From positions 89,214-153,213 of the IMG/VR virus record IMGVR_UViG_3300045125_000140: a stretch of DNA of 64,000 bases; one strand, given 5' to 3'. Source of the stretch: a virus. How positions within the stretch are numbered: the stretch's first letter is position 1; every line of letters begins with the position of its first letter. Under the pieces are notes generated by a model, which searched no databases, was not told the DNA's origin, and worked only from the letters and a program-made list of their open reading frames with translations. Of the stretch, positions 1-9,148 are shown piece after piece. Both the position numbers and the translations under genes were made by a program.

Positions 1-1
1 A

Positions 2-214
2 TCGTGGCTTCAAAAACACGATGAGTCTGTACGGAACTTTTGGGATATTCCGGATGGTCCGGAACCACCTTGGATGTACGATGAGCGGGCGGAGCGTGTG
101 TTCGCTTCGCATCGAGCAAACCTGTTAAGAAAGGACGCGGCCTACTACGGATATTTTGGTTGGACTGAAGATCCAACAATGCCGTATTACTGGCCGACAG
201 GAGACGATCCATGA
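2..214 (+). CDS. C-terminal fragment (5' truncated) of an MSMEG_6728-like / pyrimidine-dimer DNA glycosylase-family protein
   Basis: Frame 2 reads ...PPWMYDERAERVFASHRANLLRKDAAYYGYFGWTEDPTMPYYWP...*, matching the PPW...SHRxNLLRKD..YY......PYxWP C-terminus of this family; not in the ORF track. Confidence 0.6.
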   Translation, partial: SWLQKHDESVRNFWDIPDGPEPPWMYDERAERVFASHRANLLRKDAAYYGYFGWTEDPTMPYYWPTGDDP

Positions 215-474
215 ACTACGTTATTGCACTTTTGATGACGGCGATCTCTTTTGGGCAAGTTGTTCCAATTAAGTCCGAAAGCCGTCCGAGCGTCCCAACA
301 GATTCCAGACCGTCTGCGTGGATTACAGAGCAGGCCGCGCGGCTTGTCGATCACGCAAACAGCACAAATAAAGCTAAGAACGAATCTCTTCATCTATATT
401 TGACCGAGCCGAGCGGGTCGTATCAGGAAAAAGAGAATACTTTAAGAATAGGTCGGACTCGTTCCGAACTATGA
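211..474 (+). CDS. hypothetical protein with N-terminal signal-like peptide
   Basis: 87 aa; hydrophobic N-terminus MNYVIALLMTAISFG; ATGA coupling to both neighbours. Confidence 0.6.
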   Translation: MNYVIALLMTAISFGQVVPIKSESRPSVPTDSRPSAWITEQAARLVDHANSTNKAKNESLHLYLTEPSGSYQEKENTLRIGRTRSEL

Positions 475-980
475 TCGCTGAAATGGTTCGATACGGTAAT
501 GTTATTAGTGAGATTGAAGCCGGCGTAGCTGCGGACAAAGACAACACGTATGGTTGGACCTCGGTTGGAAGCGGGGTCGCCATAAAGCTGCTTCCGGGCT
601 GGTACAGCAAGAGTCAGACAACTCGAACTGCTTTGCTAAAGAGCTCTCAAATCGACGCCGACATGATGAAGTTCTTCGACGACGCCTGTTTTGGAAAGTT
701 TACGCAGCCTATCTTAGTTAGAGTTGATCGTGCGCGCGTAGACGCATTTAAGATTATTTTGGGATTTACTGATAAGTTTGATGATGCTATCGCTACCTGT
801 GAAATAAGAAGGGACTCGGTAAAAGCGGAAACAGAGCTAGCGGTAATGGCGATACTGAGCGAGAAGGAATCTAACCGGGTGGCCGAGAAGCTGGAAGCAC
901 GAATGTCTGGGCGAGGATTTGATATCCCGTTTAACGTAATCAGCGCCGAAATCATTCCGAGAATCGAAAGTTCAAAGTGA
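471..980 (+). CDS. hypothetical protein
   Basis: 169-aa ORF, ATGA overlap with upstream gene. Confidence 0.6.
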   Translation: MIAEMVRYGNVISEIEAGVAADKDNTYGWTSVGSGVAIKLLPGWYSKSQTTRTALLKSSQIDADMMKFFDDACFGKFTQPILVRVDRARVDAFKIILGFTDKFDDAIATCEIRRDSVKAETELAVMAILSEKESNRVAEKLEARMSGRGFDIPFNVISAEIIPRIESSK

Positions 981-1156
981 TTCTTAGAGCAATCGGAACG
1001 ATTTGCAGAGTTGCCTTATGGGCGATAATCGGACTACTATGTTGGGCGACAGCGTGTCACGTGATCGTCTGACCAAAACGTAGTTGATTTTTTGACAACT
1101 ACTCAATGTATTGAGTAATTTGGAAACCAGGCCAACTTGTAAGTAATTCTTACAGG

Positions 1157-1534
1157 TTGGCCATTTACATTAGAGGCTATATGAATATTGGTTGTTTTGT
1201 TCTTACGCTCTCTTGGTCGCTTACGTCGTTTGTTCCGGTTTATTGGGATCTCGTCGATCAGCACACTAAGTTTATTCACGGACCCCCTGTTTTTAAAGTG
1301 TGCTATGTTGCCGGCTTAGTTGCTGGCATCCTGGGTACTTGCCGAGCATACTTGGCAATACCGTTTGCTGGCGTGTTTATTGCGACGTTGGCCTGGTCGG
1401 GTTTGACCATGCGAGACCAGATTTTCGTAAAAGCCGACGTGCTGTCCTGGTCTGCAATTCTGACCTTGGCAATTTTGATTGTTTGGGAGATTTTTAGGGG
1501 TCAAGATCTCCGGCAGAACAGCCGGCCAACTTGA
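1157..1534 (+). CDS. small multi-pass membrane protein
   Basis: 125 aa with 3-4 hydrophobic segments; start uncertain. Confidence 0.5.
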   Translation: MAIYIRGYMNIGCFVLTLSWSLTSFVPVYWDLVDQHTKFIHGPPVFKVCYVAGLVAGILGTCRAYLAIPFAGVFIATLAWSGLTMRDQIFVKADVLSWSAILTLAILIVWEIFRGQDLRQNSRPT

Positions 1535-1606
1535 CTTCTACGAGACATCCTAGGATAATCAGAAGACCCGTGCGTCGACCTACCGAGTCGGCGAAGAAGC
1601 AAGACA

Positions 1607-1929
1607 ATGAATAAAAAATAGCCAGTAAATGGATCGCCGCTCTTCGGAGCGGTAAGTACCGTCAGGGGCGCGGCATGCTGTATGACGGAGAGTGCTTCTG
1701 CGCCATAGGCGTGCTGCATGAACTTTTTCGGCGAGATCAGAAGATCTCGAAGAAGGAGTTTTGGAGCGACCCCTCTGATTCAGACGCGGCCTGGTTTGTC
1801 TCCCACTGGGCCGGGTGTCGCGCTGATTTTTCGTACGCACCGAACCGTTTTATCTCGGTCGATAACGATCGAGGGGCGGAGTTCGGGGTAATCGCCGATA
1901 CGATCGAAAAGCACTACAAGGAGCTTTAG
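1607..1929 (+). CDS. hypothetical phage protein (frameshifted near the start)
   Basis: ATG at 1607; adding one A to the A-run at 1613-1618 joins MNKK to IASKWIAALRSGKYRQG...CFCAIGVL, a motif common in phage early proteins. Confidence 0.55.
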
Positions 1930-2220
1930 ATGAAGAAGTCCGCGCTTAAGTGCCCAATACCGGCGTGTGACGGAACGCTGGATAACGGTAGAGTGTACCG
2001 GGTTCTTTATTCATCCCCGATATCGGACGGATGGAGAGCTTGTCCAGCCAAGTGCAAGAAATGCAAGATGTGGATGCCGATAGCTATAATGCCCGGCTAT
2101 ATCTCTACGGAGCTTGCTGATCAGGCGTTTAAGACACGACAGCAGGCGGAGCGTGCAATAGTTAAACACTCGAAGATTTGGTTAAAGGGGAAGGGAAATG
2201 ATAAAGCGAGAAAAGGATAG
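1930..2220 (+). CDS. small Cys-rich (zinc-finger-like) protein
   Basis: CPIPAC ... CPAKCKKC pairs in 96 aa. Confidence 0.55.
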   Translation: MKKSALKCPIPACDGTLDNGRVYRVLYSSPISDGWRACPAKCKKCKMWMPIAIMPGYISTELADQAFKTRQQAERAIVKHSKIWLKGKGNDKARKG

Positions 2221-2565
2221 AGCCTACAGAGATAGGCTTAAGAAGCTGTTCTTGGCGAACAAGGATCTTCTTGAGGCGCACAGAAAGAAAAAGCGGAAGC
2301 CGCAAAGCGGCGTTACGACATAAAGAAGAACGATCCGGAGTTTAAAAAGAAGCGCTGCGAAATATCAAAGCGCTACTATGCCAAGAAAAAGACTGACCCT
2401 GAGTTTAAGGAGAAGATGCGGAAGAGGGTTAGAGAGACCTGGAATCGCCTAAGCAAGGAGTGGCGTAAGAACCCGGAGTGGGTTAACAAGAACCGGGCAA
2501 ACCAACGGAAGTACTACCACCTCAGAAAGGGGCGAAAGTGCGAGTTAAAAAATTCAAGCCCGTAA
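2198..2565 (+). CDS. highly basic helical-repeat protein (frameshifted)
   Basis: ATG 2198; one extra A at 2284-2292 gives repeats such as YDIKKNDPEFKKK / YAKKKTDPEFKEK / WRKNPEWVNK. Confidence 0.45.
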
Positions 2566-2996
2566 TTACTGATGTTGCGGAGTGCGGCGGTTGCGGAAAA
2601 CTTCCGATGTTTTTACATCTTGGAAGCACTAACGAGTTTAAACTTCGATGCTTTGATTGTGGGATAACAACAGACTCGGATATCTCTCGAGATGTCTGTG
2701 TCTCGCGTTGGAACACATTAGCTGCATCGAAGAAGTCGGCGTACGTTACAAAAGCGCTCATCGAGATCCAGATCAACGATGACGATCTGATTAGGGCGCT
2801 TGACGGCAAGCGGTGCTTTGAGGACGGGTATAGATTGGCTAAAGGACTCGAGGAGTCTTTGGTCAGTGAAGTCCTAGAGCTGTTCAATCGCAAAATTAAG
2901 GAGGCTTGTAATGACTCCGATGAATCTAGTGAAGCTGTGGGAATTCACCACAAAAACGGCGCCGCGGCGCCTGAGGAACGGGCAGAGCGCGGGTAA
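2538..2996 (+). CDS. protein with Lar-like (restriction alleviation) zinc-ribbon N-terminal domain
   Basis: CGGCG...RCFDCG...CVSRWN pattern resembles the Lar family CxxCG...CxxCG...AWN motif. Confidence 0.45.
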   Translation: MRVKKFKPVITDVAECGGCGKLPMFLHLGSTNEFKLRCFDCGITTDSDISRDVCVSRWNTLAASKKSAYVTKALIEIQINDDDLIRALDGKRCFEDGYRLAKGLEESLVSEVLELFNRKIKEACNDSDESSEAVGIHHKNGAAAPEERAERG

Positions 2997-3296
2997 CCTT
3001 GCGCCGTGCCTACTTCAAAAGGTGACGCTGAGTCTTCGGCGAAATCCAAATAAAGATTGGGAGGCCTTGTTCAGGCGCATAGCGGAAACGCCTAGCCTGA
3101 ACGGGACACCCTTCCGTCGCAAGTATTCAAGGGCGAGTCACGGCAGAAAGAGGGGCTCGCCTGACTTTGAGGACTCGTTTAAAGCTACGCTGCTTTGGGT
3201 CCTTGATCCAAAAACATGGCCGATATTGAGGCCGGCCACTACGACGAGGTACATGGTTTAATGGAGAATAGTTGTGAACGAACCGAACTGGACTGA
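2911..3296 (+). CDS. protein resembling the C-terminal domain of phage replisome-organiser/initiator proteins (frameshifted)
   Basis: WEALFRRIAETPSLNG...FKATLLWVLDPKTW; one extra G at 3218-3219 continues ADIEAGHYD, resembling the W..F..I..S.FL.G...ADFDWL..P.N...EGNY pattern. Confidence 0.4.
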
Positions 3297-3546
3297 TAAG
3301 GTCAAGTCATACGCGGGGAATAGCAACGACGGACCGACAATGTGGCTTCAACACAACGGCAACGTAATTCGCGTTCGTTGCCGTTACAATGAAACCTATG
3401 AGTTGGGGAGCGGGGAGGGGGACGATTCTCGCTACGTGGTACGTCAATACGAAATTCACGATATTGAAAAAGGAACGTACGTCTACCCACTGGAAGAGGA
3501 CTTCCAGGAATTCCTTTCGTCATTTTGGAACAACAAGAATAATTAA
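3274..3546 (+). CDS. hypothetical protein
   Basis: 90-aa ORF, GTG start with upstream GGAG. Confidence 0.55.
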   Translation: MNEPNWTDKVKSYAGNSNDGPTMWLQHNGNVIRVRCRYNETYELGSGEGDDSRYVVRQYEIHDIEKGTYVYPLEEDFQEFLSSFWNNKNN

Positions 3547-3586
3547 TACCTGGGGCATACTATCTTAGGCTACGGCCGGAGATAAT

Positions 3587-4078
3587 ATGCGAAGATTCCT
3601 TATCGGGGGTCTCGTGGTTTTGGCGGCAGTTGTTTGTATAGCGTGGGGTGTTCAATCCCCCGCGATCATCAATCAGCTGCCGCTCAGCCGCATGACCCGT
3701 ATAAAGCTTACAGCGAACTACACAACGTTCGCTGACCCGGAATTCCGGGGCTGGGTTAACAGCTACGCGGTGATCGACATCCCGCCCTTACCGGCGGGTA
3801 TGGCGATTACCGAGATCGTTAAAACCGGCGACACGATGTGCGACACGATCTACATCGAGCTTAACGGCTCGTTCGTTGGTGCGATTCACACCAACAACGT
3901 GTTCATCCTCGGCAACGGGAACACGGGCCGCCACGACGCGTTCAACTTCCAGTTGCACTCGCCGATCTTTATACCGCCGGGGACGGTGGCCAAGTTGTAC
4001 ACCCCGTACCCGCAAGGCGTTACCTTGCTGCCCTCGTTCTACTTCGTAGGATATCCGCTAAACGTCGGCGAATTCTGA
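3587..4078 (+). CDS. secreted or membrane-anchored beta-rich protein (moron-like)
   Basis: N-terminal MRRFLIGGLVVLAAVVCIAWG signal/anchor; GGAG SD; own terminator downstream. Confidence 0.75.
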   Translation: MRRFLIGGLVVLAAVVCIAWGVQSPAIINQLPLSRMTRIKLTANYTTFADPEFRGWVNSYAVIDIPPLPAGMAITEIVKTGDTMCDTIYIELNGSFVGAIHTNNVFILGNGNTGRHDAFNFQLHSPIFIPPGTVAKLYTPYPQGVTLLPSFYFVGYPLNVGEF

Positions 4079-4102
4079 TCTTACGAAAGATTGCGGGAAT
4101 AG

Positions 4103-4130
4103 AAGCGCGGGAAACCGCGCTTTTGTTTTT
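4103..4130 (+). terminator. intrinsic terminator
   Basis: AAGCGCGG-GAAA-CCGCGCTT hairpin followed by TTGTTTTT. Confidence 0.85.
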
Positions 4131-4152
4131 TACAAAATCTGTGTCCAAGAAC

Positions 4153-4181
4153 TTGACACAGCAAAGCACCTATAGTAGGAT
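4153..4181 (+). promoter_or_regulatory. host sigma70-type promoter driving the replication operon
   Basis: TTGACA (4153-4158), 17-nt spacer, TAGGAT (4176-4181), directly after a terminator. Confidence 0.8.
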
Positions 4182-4208
4182 GCCTCCGGCTTTCAGCCGG
4201 AGTTGATC

Positions 4209-4379
4209 ATGAACGAAATCAAGGAAGCGCTTACTCAGGTTAAGAACCAAGTCGAGTGCGCGAGAGAACTTGAAGGAACTGATTTAGAGATCGACTGCCT
4301 ACTTGGCGCTGCGGAAGCCGCGGCAGTTCTCGGAAAGGCTCTTTTAAAACGTGCCACGCAAATCGATAACGCTGTATAA
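4209..4379 (+). CDS. small hypothetical protein (56 aa)
   Basis: GGAG SD, ATG 4209, MNEIKEALTQVKNQVECARELEG...; below the ORF-track cutoff. Confidence 0.55.
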   Translation: MNEIKEALTQVKNQVECARELEGTDLEIDCLLGAAEAAAVLGKALLKRATQIDNAV

Positions 4380-4824
4380 AAAAGACGAGGAGACCTGGAC
4401 GGACGTAATCGAAACAGCGGACTCGCGTTATGCGACCGTTCCGATTCCAATTCTACGAAGCCGGGTCTTGTCGTCGACCGCAAAGCTGGCGATAGCTGAG
4501 CTTATGCGAGTAGCCAGAATCGGTCGGGAAGACGAGCAGACCGATCGAGGTAAAATAAGTTCTACCGAACTTGCTCGAAATCTTGGAATAAAAGTTCGGA
4601 GCTTGCTCCGGATAAAGAAAGAATTGATGGATGTTGAGCTGCTGATCGAATATAAGAAAAGTGGTGAATTCGAGCTTTTTAAGAATCAGCAGCTCACCTA
4701 CTGGCACCTGTATAAGCTGTTCCCGACAAGGATCGATAGCCGTGAAGTCCGAAATAAACTTGTCCGGATGATGGCTCTGGACGCGGAAACGGCGAAGCTT
4801 ATACCGGCATTTTTAAATGCCTAA
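4351..4824 (+). CDS. winged-HTH protein, candidate replication initiator
   Basis: LSSTAKLAIAEL...ISSTELARNLGIKVRSLLRIKKELMDVELL is typical of initiator-type wHTH domains; lies immediately upstream of direct repeats. Confidence 0.5.
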   Translation: MPRKSITLYKKDEETWTDVIETADSRYATVPIPILRSRVLSSTAKLAIAELMRVARIGREDEQTDRGKISSTELARNLGIKVRSLLRIKKELMDVELLIEYKKSGEFELFKNQQLTYWHLYKLFPTRIDSREVRNKLVRMMALDAETAKLIPAFLNA

Positions 4825-4849
4825 AAGGCTAAAAGGAGGATTAAAAATG

Positions 4850-4909
4850 TACACAAAAATGTCCGCAAAATCTACACAAGAATGTCCGCAGAATCTACAC
4901 AAGAATGTC
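4850..4909. repeat. 23-bp tandem direct repeat (about 2.6 copies), iteron-like
   Basis: TACACAAAAATGTCCGCAAAATC / TACACAAGAATGTCCGCAGAATC / TACACAAGAATGTC. Confidence 0.85.
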
Positions 4910-5034
4910 GCCGGGGGAAAGATCAAAATCGGTATAAAAACCCCTATGAATTCCACGGAATCTTGACTTGCCCCCTCGCTGCCTAATAAATAAATAAGTA
5001 AATAAGAGCGGTCGGAGCCCCGACCGCAACGAAT

Positions 5035-5667
5035 ATGGATAAGCCAAAGAAGGAAGAGCTAAAAGCGCTCATCAAAGCCGGAGCCGACAAGCTTGATCGG
5101 TACCGAGCTAAAAAAGGCTACTCCATCGAGGAGCGGCTTGCCTCAGCAAAGCAAACCTCAAAACCGGTAAAGCCGGTCGGCATCGATTGGGCTAATCCGG
5201 CAAAGTGGGGAAAGGACACCTGGCTAAAAGCTTTTGTCCAGCTCTCCTGCGAAAGTGACCCGGAGGTACCTCTCTGGATCGACAACCCCTCCAACGACGG
5301 CTCGTTGACTCGTAACGACGTCTACGAGGCTCACGACCTCGGTTCTAAAAGCCGCAGAGCTCACGCAGGGCGTCGGTTAGTGGAACTAGTCCACTTTGTT
5401 TCCAAATCGATCTCCGGCTTTTCTGAGCCATCTAATGAACAGCTGCTCGACACCATCAAATTTATTCGGGAAGTTTGGTTTCCGAGGTGGGGCGAGTTCT
5501 GCACCAAGTATTTGAAAAAAGAAGCAGCCTTCCGATTCTCTCCTGCGTATCTTATCGCTGCGCAGGAGCCGGTGTCTAAATTCATCAAAGCTACCAGGGC
5601 AAAGATTACCAGCGTTAAACCGAAGAGATCGGCCAACGACTGGTTGAAGGAGACAGAAGATGAGTGA
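5035..5667 (+). CDS. hypothetical replication-region protein
   Basis: 210-aa ORF between the repeats and the loader/helicase genes. Confidence 0.7.
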   Translation: MDKPKKEELKALIKAGADKLDRYRAKKGYSIEERLASAKQTSKPVKPVGIDWANPAKWGKDTWLKAFVQLSCESDPEVPLWIDNPSNDGSLTRNDVYEAHDLGSKSRRAHAGRRLVELVHFVSKSISGFSEPSNEQLLDTIKFIREVWFPRWGEFCTKYLKKEAAFRFSPAYLIAAQEPVSKFIKATRAKITSVKPKRSANDWLKETEDE

Positions 5668-6763
5668 TCCGATTATCAAACGTGCGGTTTTTGACGAAGC
5701 GACCAACACGTGGACAACGGATACCGATAAGGTGTTCCGTGTCGGCGAGGTCCTTACCCTCGACATGTCTGGTCCCGTAGGCTACTCGCTCAACAAGCTC
5801 CGCGACATCTACGAAGAGCTGCTGCTCGAGCGCGGCAAGCTCCAACAAAAACTTGCTAACTCGTTTATGAACTATCGAGTTAGGCACGAGAAACCTCCAG
5901 AAAACTACGACGACCTGAACTCGGAGCTGGCCTACCAGTCGCTCCGCCTTGCGGCGTTAACGGATAATGCTGGAGTTTATAAGAGCTTAGCCGAGCTGGA
6001 CATCTACGTAGAGCTGGGCTATTTTGTAACTCTCTCCATGAAGTTTACGCTCGACGGAGACGGCCTGGTTATTACGGTCTCTCCACCGAGAGAGAACGAA
6101 CTTCAGCACGAAAACATCGTCTCGATGAGTGCGAGCGTTTCCGAGTATGTTTCGGAGGGCGCAAAGTTTGCGGCAACGATTACCAATATCCGGCCGATAA
6201 TTCGTTCGGTATCTTCCGCTAAGGAACTCGAAGCTGCCGGATACTCAGCCTCGTCCGACCAAGTTATCGACGTCGCCAACAAGATTCCGGGACTATACCT
6301 CCCTATCTCGTTGTGGCCAAAGCTGTTCGGAATGTTTGGCTGGGTCTACGCCGATCTGGATATGAGCAAGCTTCCCGAGATTCTTCCTGACGTCTTCAAC
6401 AACATTGTTTTAAAAGACCAGCTTGCCGTTTACGTTTTGGGGTCAGGCTCAATCAACTCGCACCGCGGCGCTTTTATTCACGTGATTCCGGCGGACGCGT
6501 TTGCGTCGGACGACTCGATCGAGTCAAACATAAACAAACTTTCAACCGTAAGCGGGACGCTTGATCTGGACAGCTTTGCGGTGTTTAAGGCTGTTCCTGT
6601 AGACGAGGCTATGATTCCGGTAGCCCTTGTTGTTTCGAAGGATACGACCACGACGTATTCGCAAAGCCAGATCAACGGGATGTTCGACGTCGACAGCGAT
6701 CTGTCCAAATCGGCTTTTGATTTGACCATGTTTACGTCATTGACTAAGCGGATTGTCCTGTGA
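5660..6763 (+). CDS. hypothetical protein
   Basis: 367-aa ORF overlapping both neighbours. Confidence 0.75.
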   Translation: MSDPIIKRAVFDEATNTWTTDTDKVFRVGEVLTLDMSGPVGYSLNKLRDIYEELLLERGKLQQKLANSFMNYRVRHEKPPENYDDLNSELAYQSLRLAALTDNAGVYKSLAELDIYVELGYFVTLSMKFTLDGDGLVITVSPPRENELQHENIVSMSASVSEYVSEGAKFAATITNIRPIIRSVSSAKELEAAGYSASSDQVIDVANKIPGLYLPISLWPKLFGMFGWVYADLDMSKLPEILPDVFNNIVLKDQLAVYVLGSGSINSHRGAFIHVIPADAFASDDSIESNINKLSTVSGTLDLDSFAVFKAVPVDEAMIPVALVVSKDTTTTYSQSQINGMFDVDSDLSKSAFDLTMFTSLTKRIVL

Positions 6764-7356
6764 ATAAATTAACGCCGCATTCTGGTTTACGTGATATGCC
6801 CATCGAAAGGTGGGCATCCAACGACCCATTTTTTGGATTTGACTCCGACCTAGTTTTGCGGATGCAGCGAATGTTCGAATCGCCCAGCGCTGTTGAGCAG
6901 GCCGCGCAAGAGTCCATCTACAAAAAGCTGGTTAAAAATCCTAACTTCGTTCCTATCGAAAACGGGAGAATGTTTCTGCTTAACGGCGGAGACGCTGATT
7001 GCGGTATGGTTCTTTGCGCTTTGCTTTTATTTGCAAAGAACATGTGCGCCGCTCCTGGACGCGTAGATGCCCGATCATTAGCCGAGATGGTATCCATCAA
7101 GGAATCCATCATCTTAAAAATGAACGAGTATCCGGTATCGCAACTTGTGCGTAAGGACCTCGATCTTCTTGTTCTTCAGAATGTGGATTCATTTCTGCAC
7201 GATCGCTTTAAGGACAAGATTTCCTCAGTCATATCCGCGCGGCTTAATAAACCGCTAATTACGATTATCGAGTGCGCGGATATCGACACCACCCTAGAAG
7301 AATTTGGAATGCTTAATTCCGGATTCAACGCGAGATTCGTAACCAGATGGCCCTAG
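6760..7356 (+). CDS. DnaC/IstB-like helicase loader with degenerate Walker motifs
   Basis: MFLLNGGDADCG at the Walker A position, LLVLQNV at Walker B, ISARLNKPLITII in the sensor region; directly upstream of DnaB. Confidence 0.5.
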   Translation: MNKLTPHSGLRDMPIERWASNDPFFGFDSDLVLRMQRMFESPSAVEQAAQESIYKKLVKNPNFVPIENGRMFLLNGGDADCGMVLCALLLFAKNMCAAPGRVDARSLAEMVSIKESIILKMNEYPVSQLVRKDLDLLVLQNVDSFLHDRFKDKISSVISARLNKPLITIIECADIDTTLEEFGMLNSGFNARFVTRWP

Positions 7357-8750
7357 ACGACTACACACCAGTCGAGGACAGCCTCGAATCAAACGCGGTA
7401 CGTGCCATAAACCGCGACATGCGGGAGCGCGAATTTATGACGCGCCTCGTGTGTCACCAACCAAAACACAAGGAAATTGACGACTTAATTCGTAACGGAG
7501 TTAAGTTTGACAGTTTTTCCGAACCAAACGAAAAGATTCTGCGGTGGGTGCTCGACCAGTACTCCACCTCCAGAACCATTCCAACAGCCGATCAGCTTCA
7601 AGCGCATTTTCCTACGTTACAGGATGTTGCGCTGCTCCCGCCGGAATCTCCGGTTCAGGAGAACTGCACGCTTATCGGCCTGCATACAAACGTCGTTGAC
7701 GCGCATTATCTTGTAAGTTTACGGAAGCACGTTGAGACCATCGCGAACGAATGGTCGTCCGACATCTCGATTACCGACCTAAAGAACGTCGTCGAGAAGG
7801 GTCACCGCGAACTCAACAAGATTCTTGCCGTAACTTCTAGTACCGCAAAAACATTAGCTGAATCCGTCGATGACGTTCTAAAAGACTTCAACGATTCAAA
7901 GCTTGGCGTTAATTGGGGAATACAGCTTCCGTTTCCGTTCCTCAACGAGACGCTCCGTGGCTTGCAGCCGGCGCAGCTGATGACCGTCGTTGCACGTCCG
8001 GGTGTGGGCAAGACCTGGTTTCTGTTGATGTGCGCGTGCAGCGCTATTACCGGTAACCCGTGGTTGTTCACGCCGTCCGAGCGTCGCGGAGTGATCCTCA
8101 CCGACGACGATTACAAGAAGTTTTCGGCCGCGCGCCGGCGCGTTGTTTTTGTTTCTATGGAAATGCCCATCGTGGACATCTCCAAACGCGCCATCGCGCT
8201 TCTTACAAAACTGAAGTACCCCGAGATTCGTACGGGCGTATTTTCAGACGCTAACGACGAAACTCGTTTTGTTAAAAAGCTAGACGCGCTCAAAGCGCCC
8301 AGAAGCATCGGCGAGAACCTGCTTCTTGTTACGGCTCAAACACCGGAGCAGGTTGCCGCATACGCCGACCAGTTCAATGCCGATATGGTAATCGTCGACG
8401 GCTTTTACCTTATGGGCGGCAGCGGCGAGAAGCGCTGGGAGCGAGTTCAGGACAATCTCCAGCAGATGCGAAACGACAGCCTTTCTTCCTTACGGCCTTA
8501 TGTGCTTGCTTCGCAGCTTGCGCAAAAGGAGGACAGGATGGCCTTCTCGCAAAGCGTGGAGCAGGACTCGTCGATCATTATTCAGCTACATCAGAATCTG
8601 CAGGATAGAAACCTCGGGCAGATTCGGATGCAAACTAGGAAAGTTCGCGAAGGCGTATCCGATCTTCAATATTACTACAAATGGGACGTAGGTACCATGA
8701 CCTTTACCGAGGAAGGGCAGGTGGTCCAAAATGGGAGAGACGATGTTTAA
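7347..8750 (+). CDS. dnaB: replicative DnaB-like (SF4) helicase
   Basis: ARPGVGKT Walker A, FVSMEM, VIVDGFYLM Walker B, LASQL, SQSVEQDS. Confidence 0.9.
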   Translation: MALDDYTPVEDSLESNAVRAINRDMREREFMTRLVCHQPKHKEIDDLIRNGVKFDSFSEPNEKILRWVLDQYSTSRTIPTADQLQAHFPTLQDVALLPPESPVQENCTLIGLHTNVVDAHYLVSLRKHVETIANEWSSDISITDLKNVVEKGHRELNKILAVTSSTAKTLAESVDDVLKDFNDSKLGVNWGIQLPFPFLNETLRGLQPAQLMTVVARPGVGKTWFLLMCACSAITGNPWLFTPSERRGVILTDDDYKKFSAARRRVVFVSMEMPIVDISKRAIALLTKLKYPEIRTGVFSDANDETRFVKKLDALKAPRSIGENLLLVTAQTPEQVAAYADQFNADMVIVDGFYLMGGSGEKRWERVQDNLQQMRNDSLSSLRPYVLASQLAQKEDRMAFSQSVEQDSSIIIQLHQNLQDRNLGQIRMQTRKVREGVSDLQYYYKWDVGTMTFTEEGQVVQNGRDDV

Positions 8751-8949
8751 TAAACAAACCGTGCGTGATATTTGGAACGCGCTGCTGGAAGCGGTCGTAG
8801 CCACGCTGCTCACGGCCACCATTCTTTGGGCAATCAACGGATTTGATACCTCAACCGACCCACCGTTTGGATTCTTTTTAGTTCTGTTTATTGCCTACTT
8901 TGCGTACCTGTATGCATTTTCAAAACTCCGTATTTTTCGCAAATACTGA
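8731..8949 (+). CDS. small two-TM membrane protein
   Basis: Two hydrophobic segments; alternative start ATG 8743. Confidence 0.6.
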   Translation: MGETMFNKQTVRDIWNALLEAVVATLLTATILWAINGFDTSTDPPFGFFLVLFIAYFAYLYAFSKLRIFRKY

Positions 8950-8987
8950 CCCTAAATAGGGCATAAGAATAATACGGAGACGTGTTT

Positions 8988-9143
8988 ATGTTAAACGGTA
9001 TGTATGAATTTTGGGCGGACTGGCGCCTCTGGGTCTATTCTGACCCGGTGGCGCTCGGCTTTGTCTACATGCTGACGGGGTGTTCCCTGATCGGCGTGTA
9101 CACGCTTGCGGAAGACCTGTACAAGGGTCTCCGCAAGAAATAA
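8988..9143 (+). CDS. small single-TM membrane protein (51 aa)
   Basis: GGAGA SD; MLNGMYEFWADWRLWVYSDPVALGFVYMLTGCSLIGVYTLAEDLYKGLRKK; followed by a terminator. Confidence 0.6.
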   Translation: MLNGMYEFWADWRLWVYSDPVALGFVYMLTGCSLIGVYTLAEDLYKGLRKK

Positions 9144-9148
9144 AAAAT

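Noticed and set aside
4850-4909. 23-bp repeats as a mini-CRISPR array
   Set aside because: The units are directly adjacent with no spacers.
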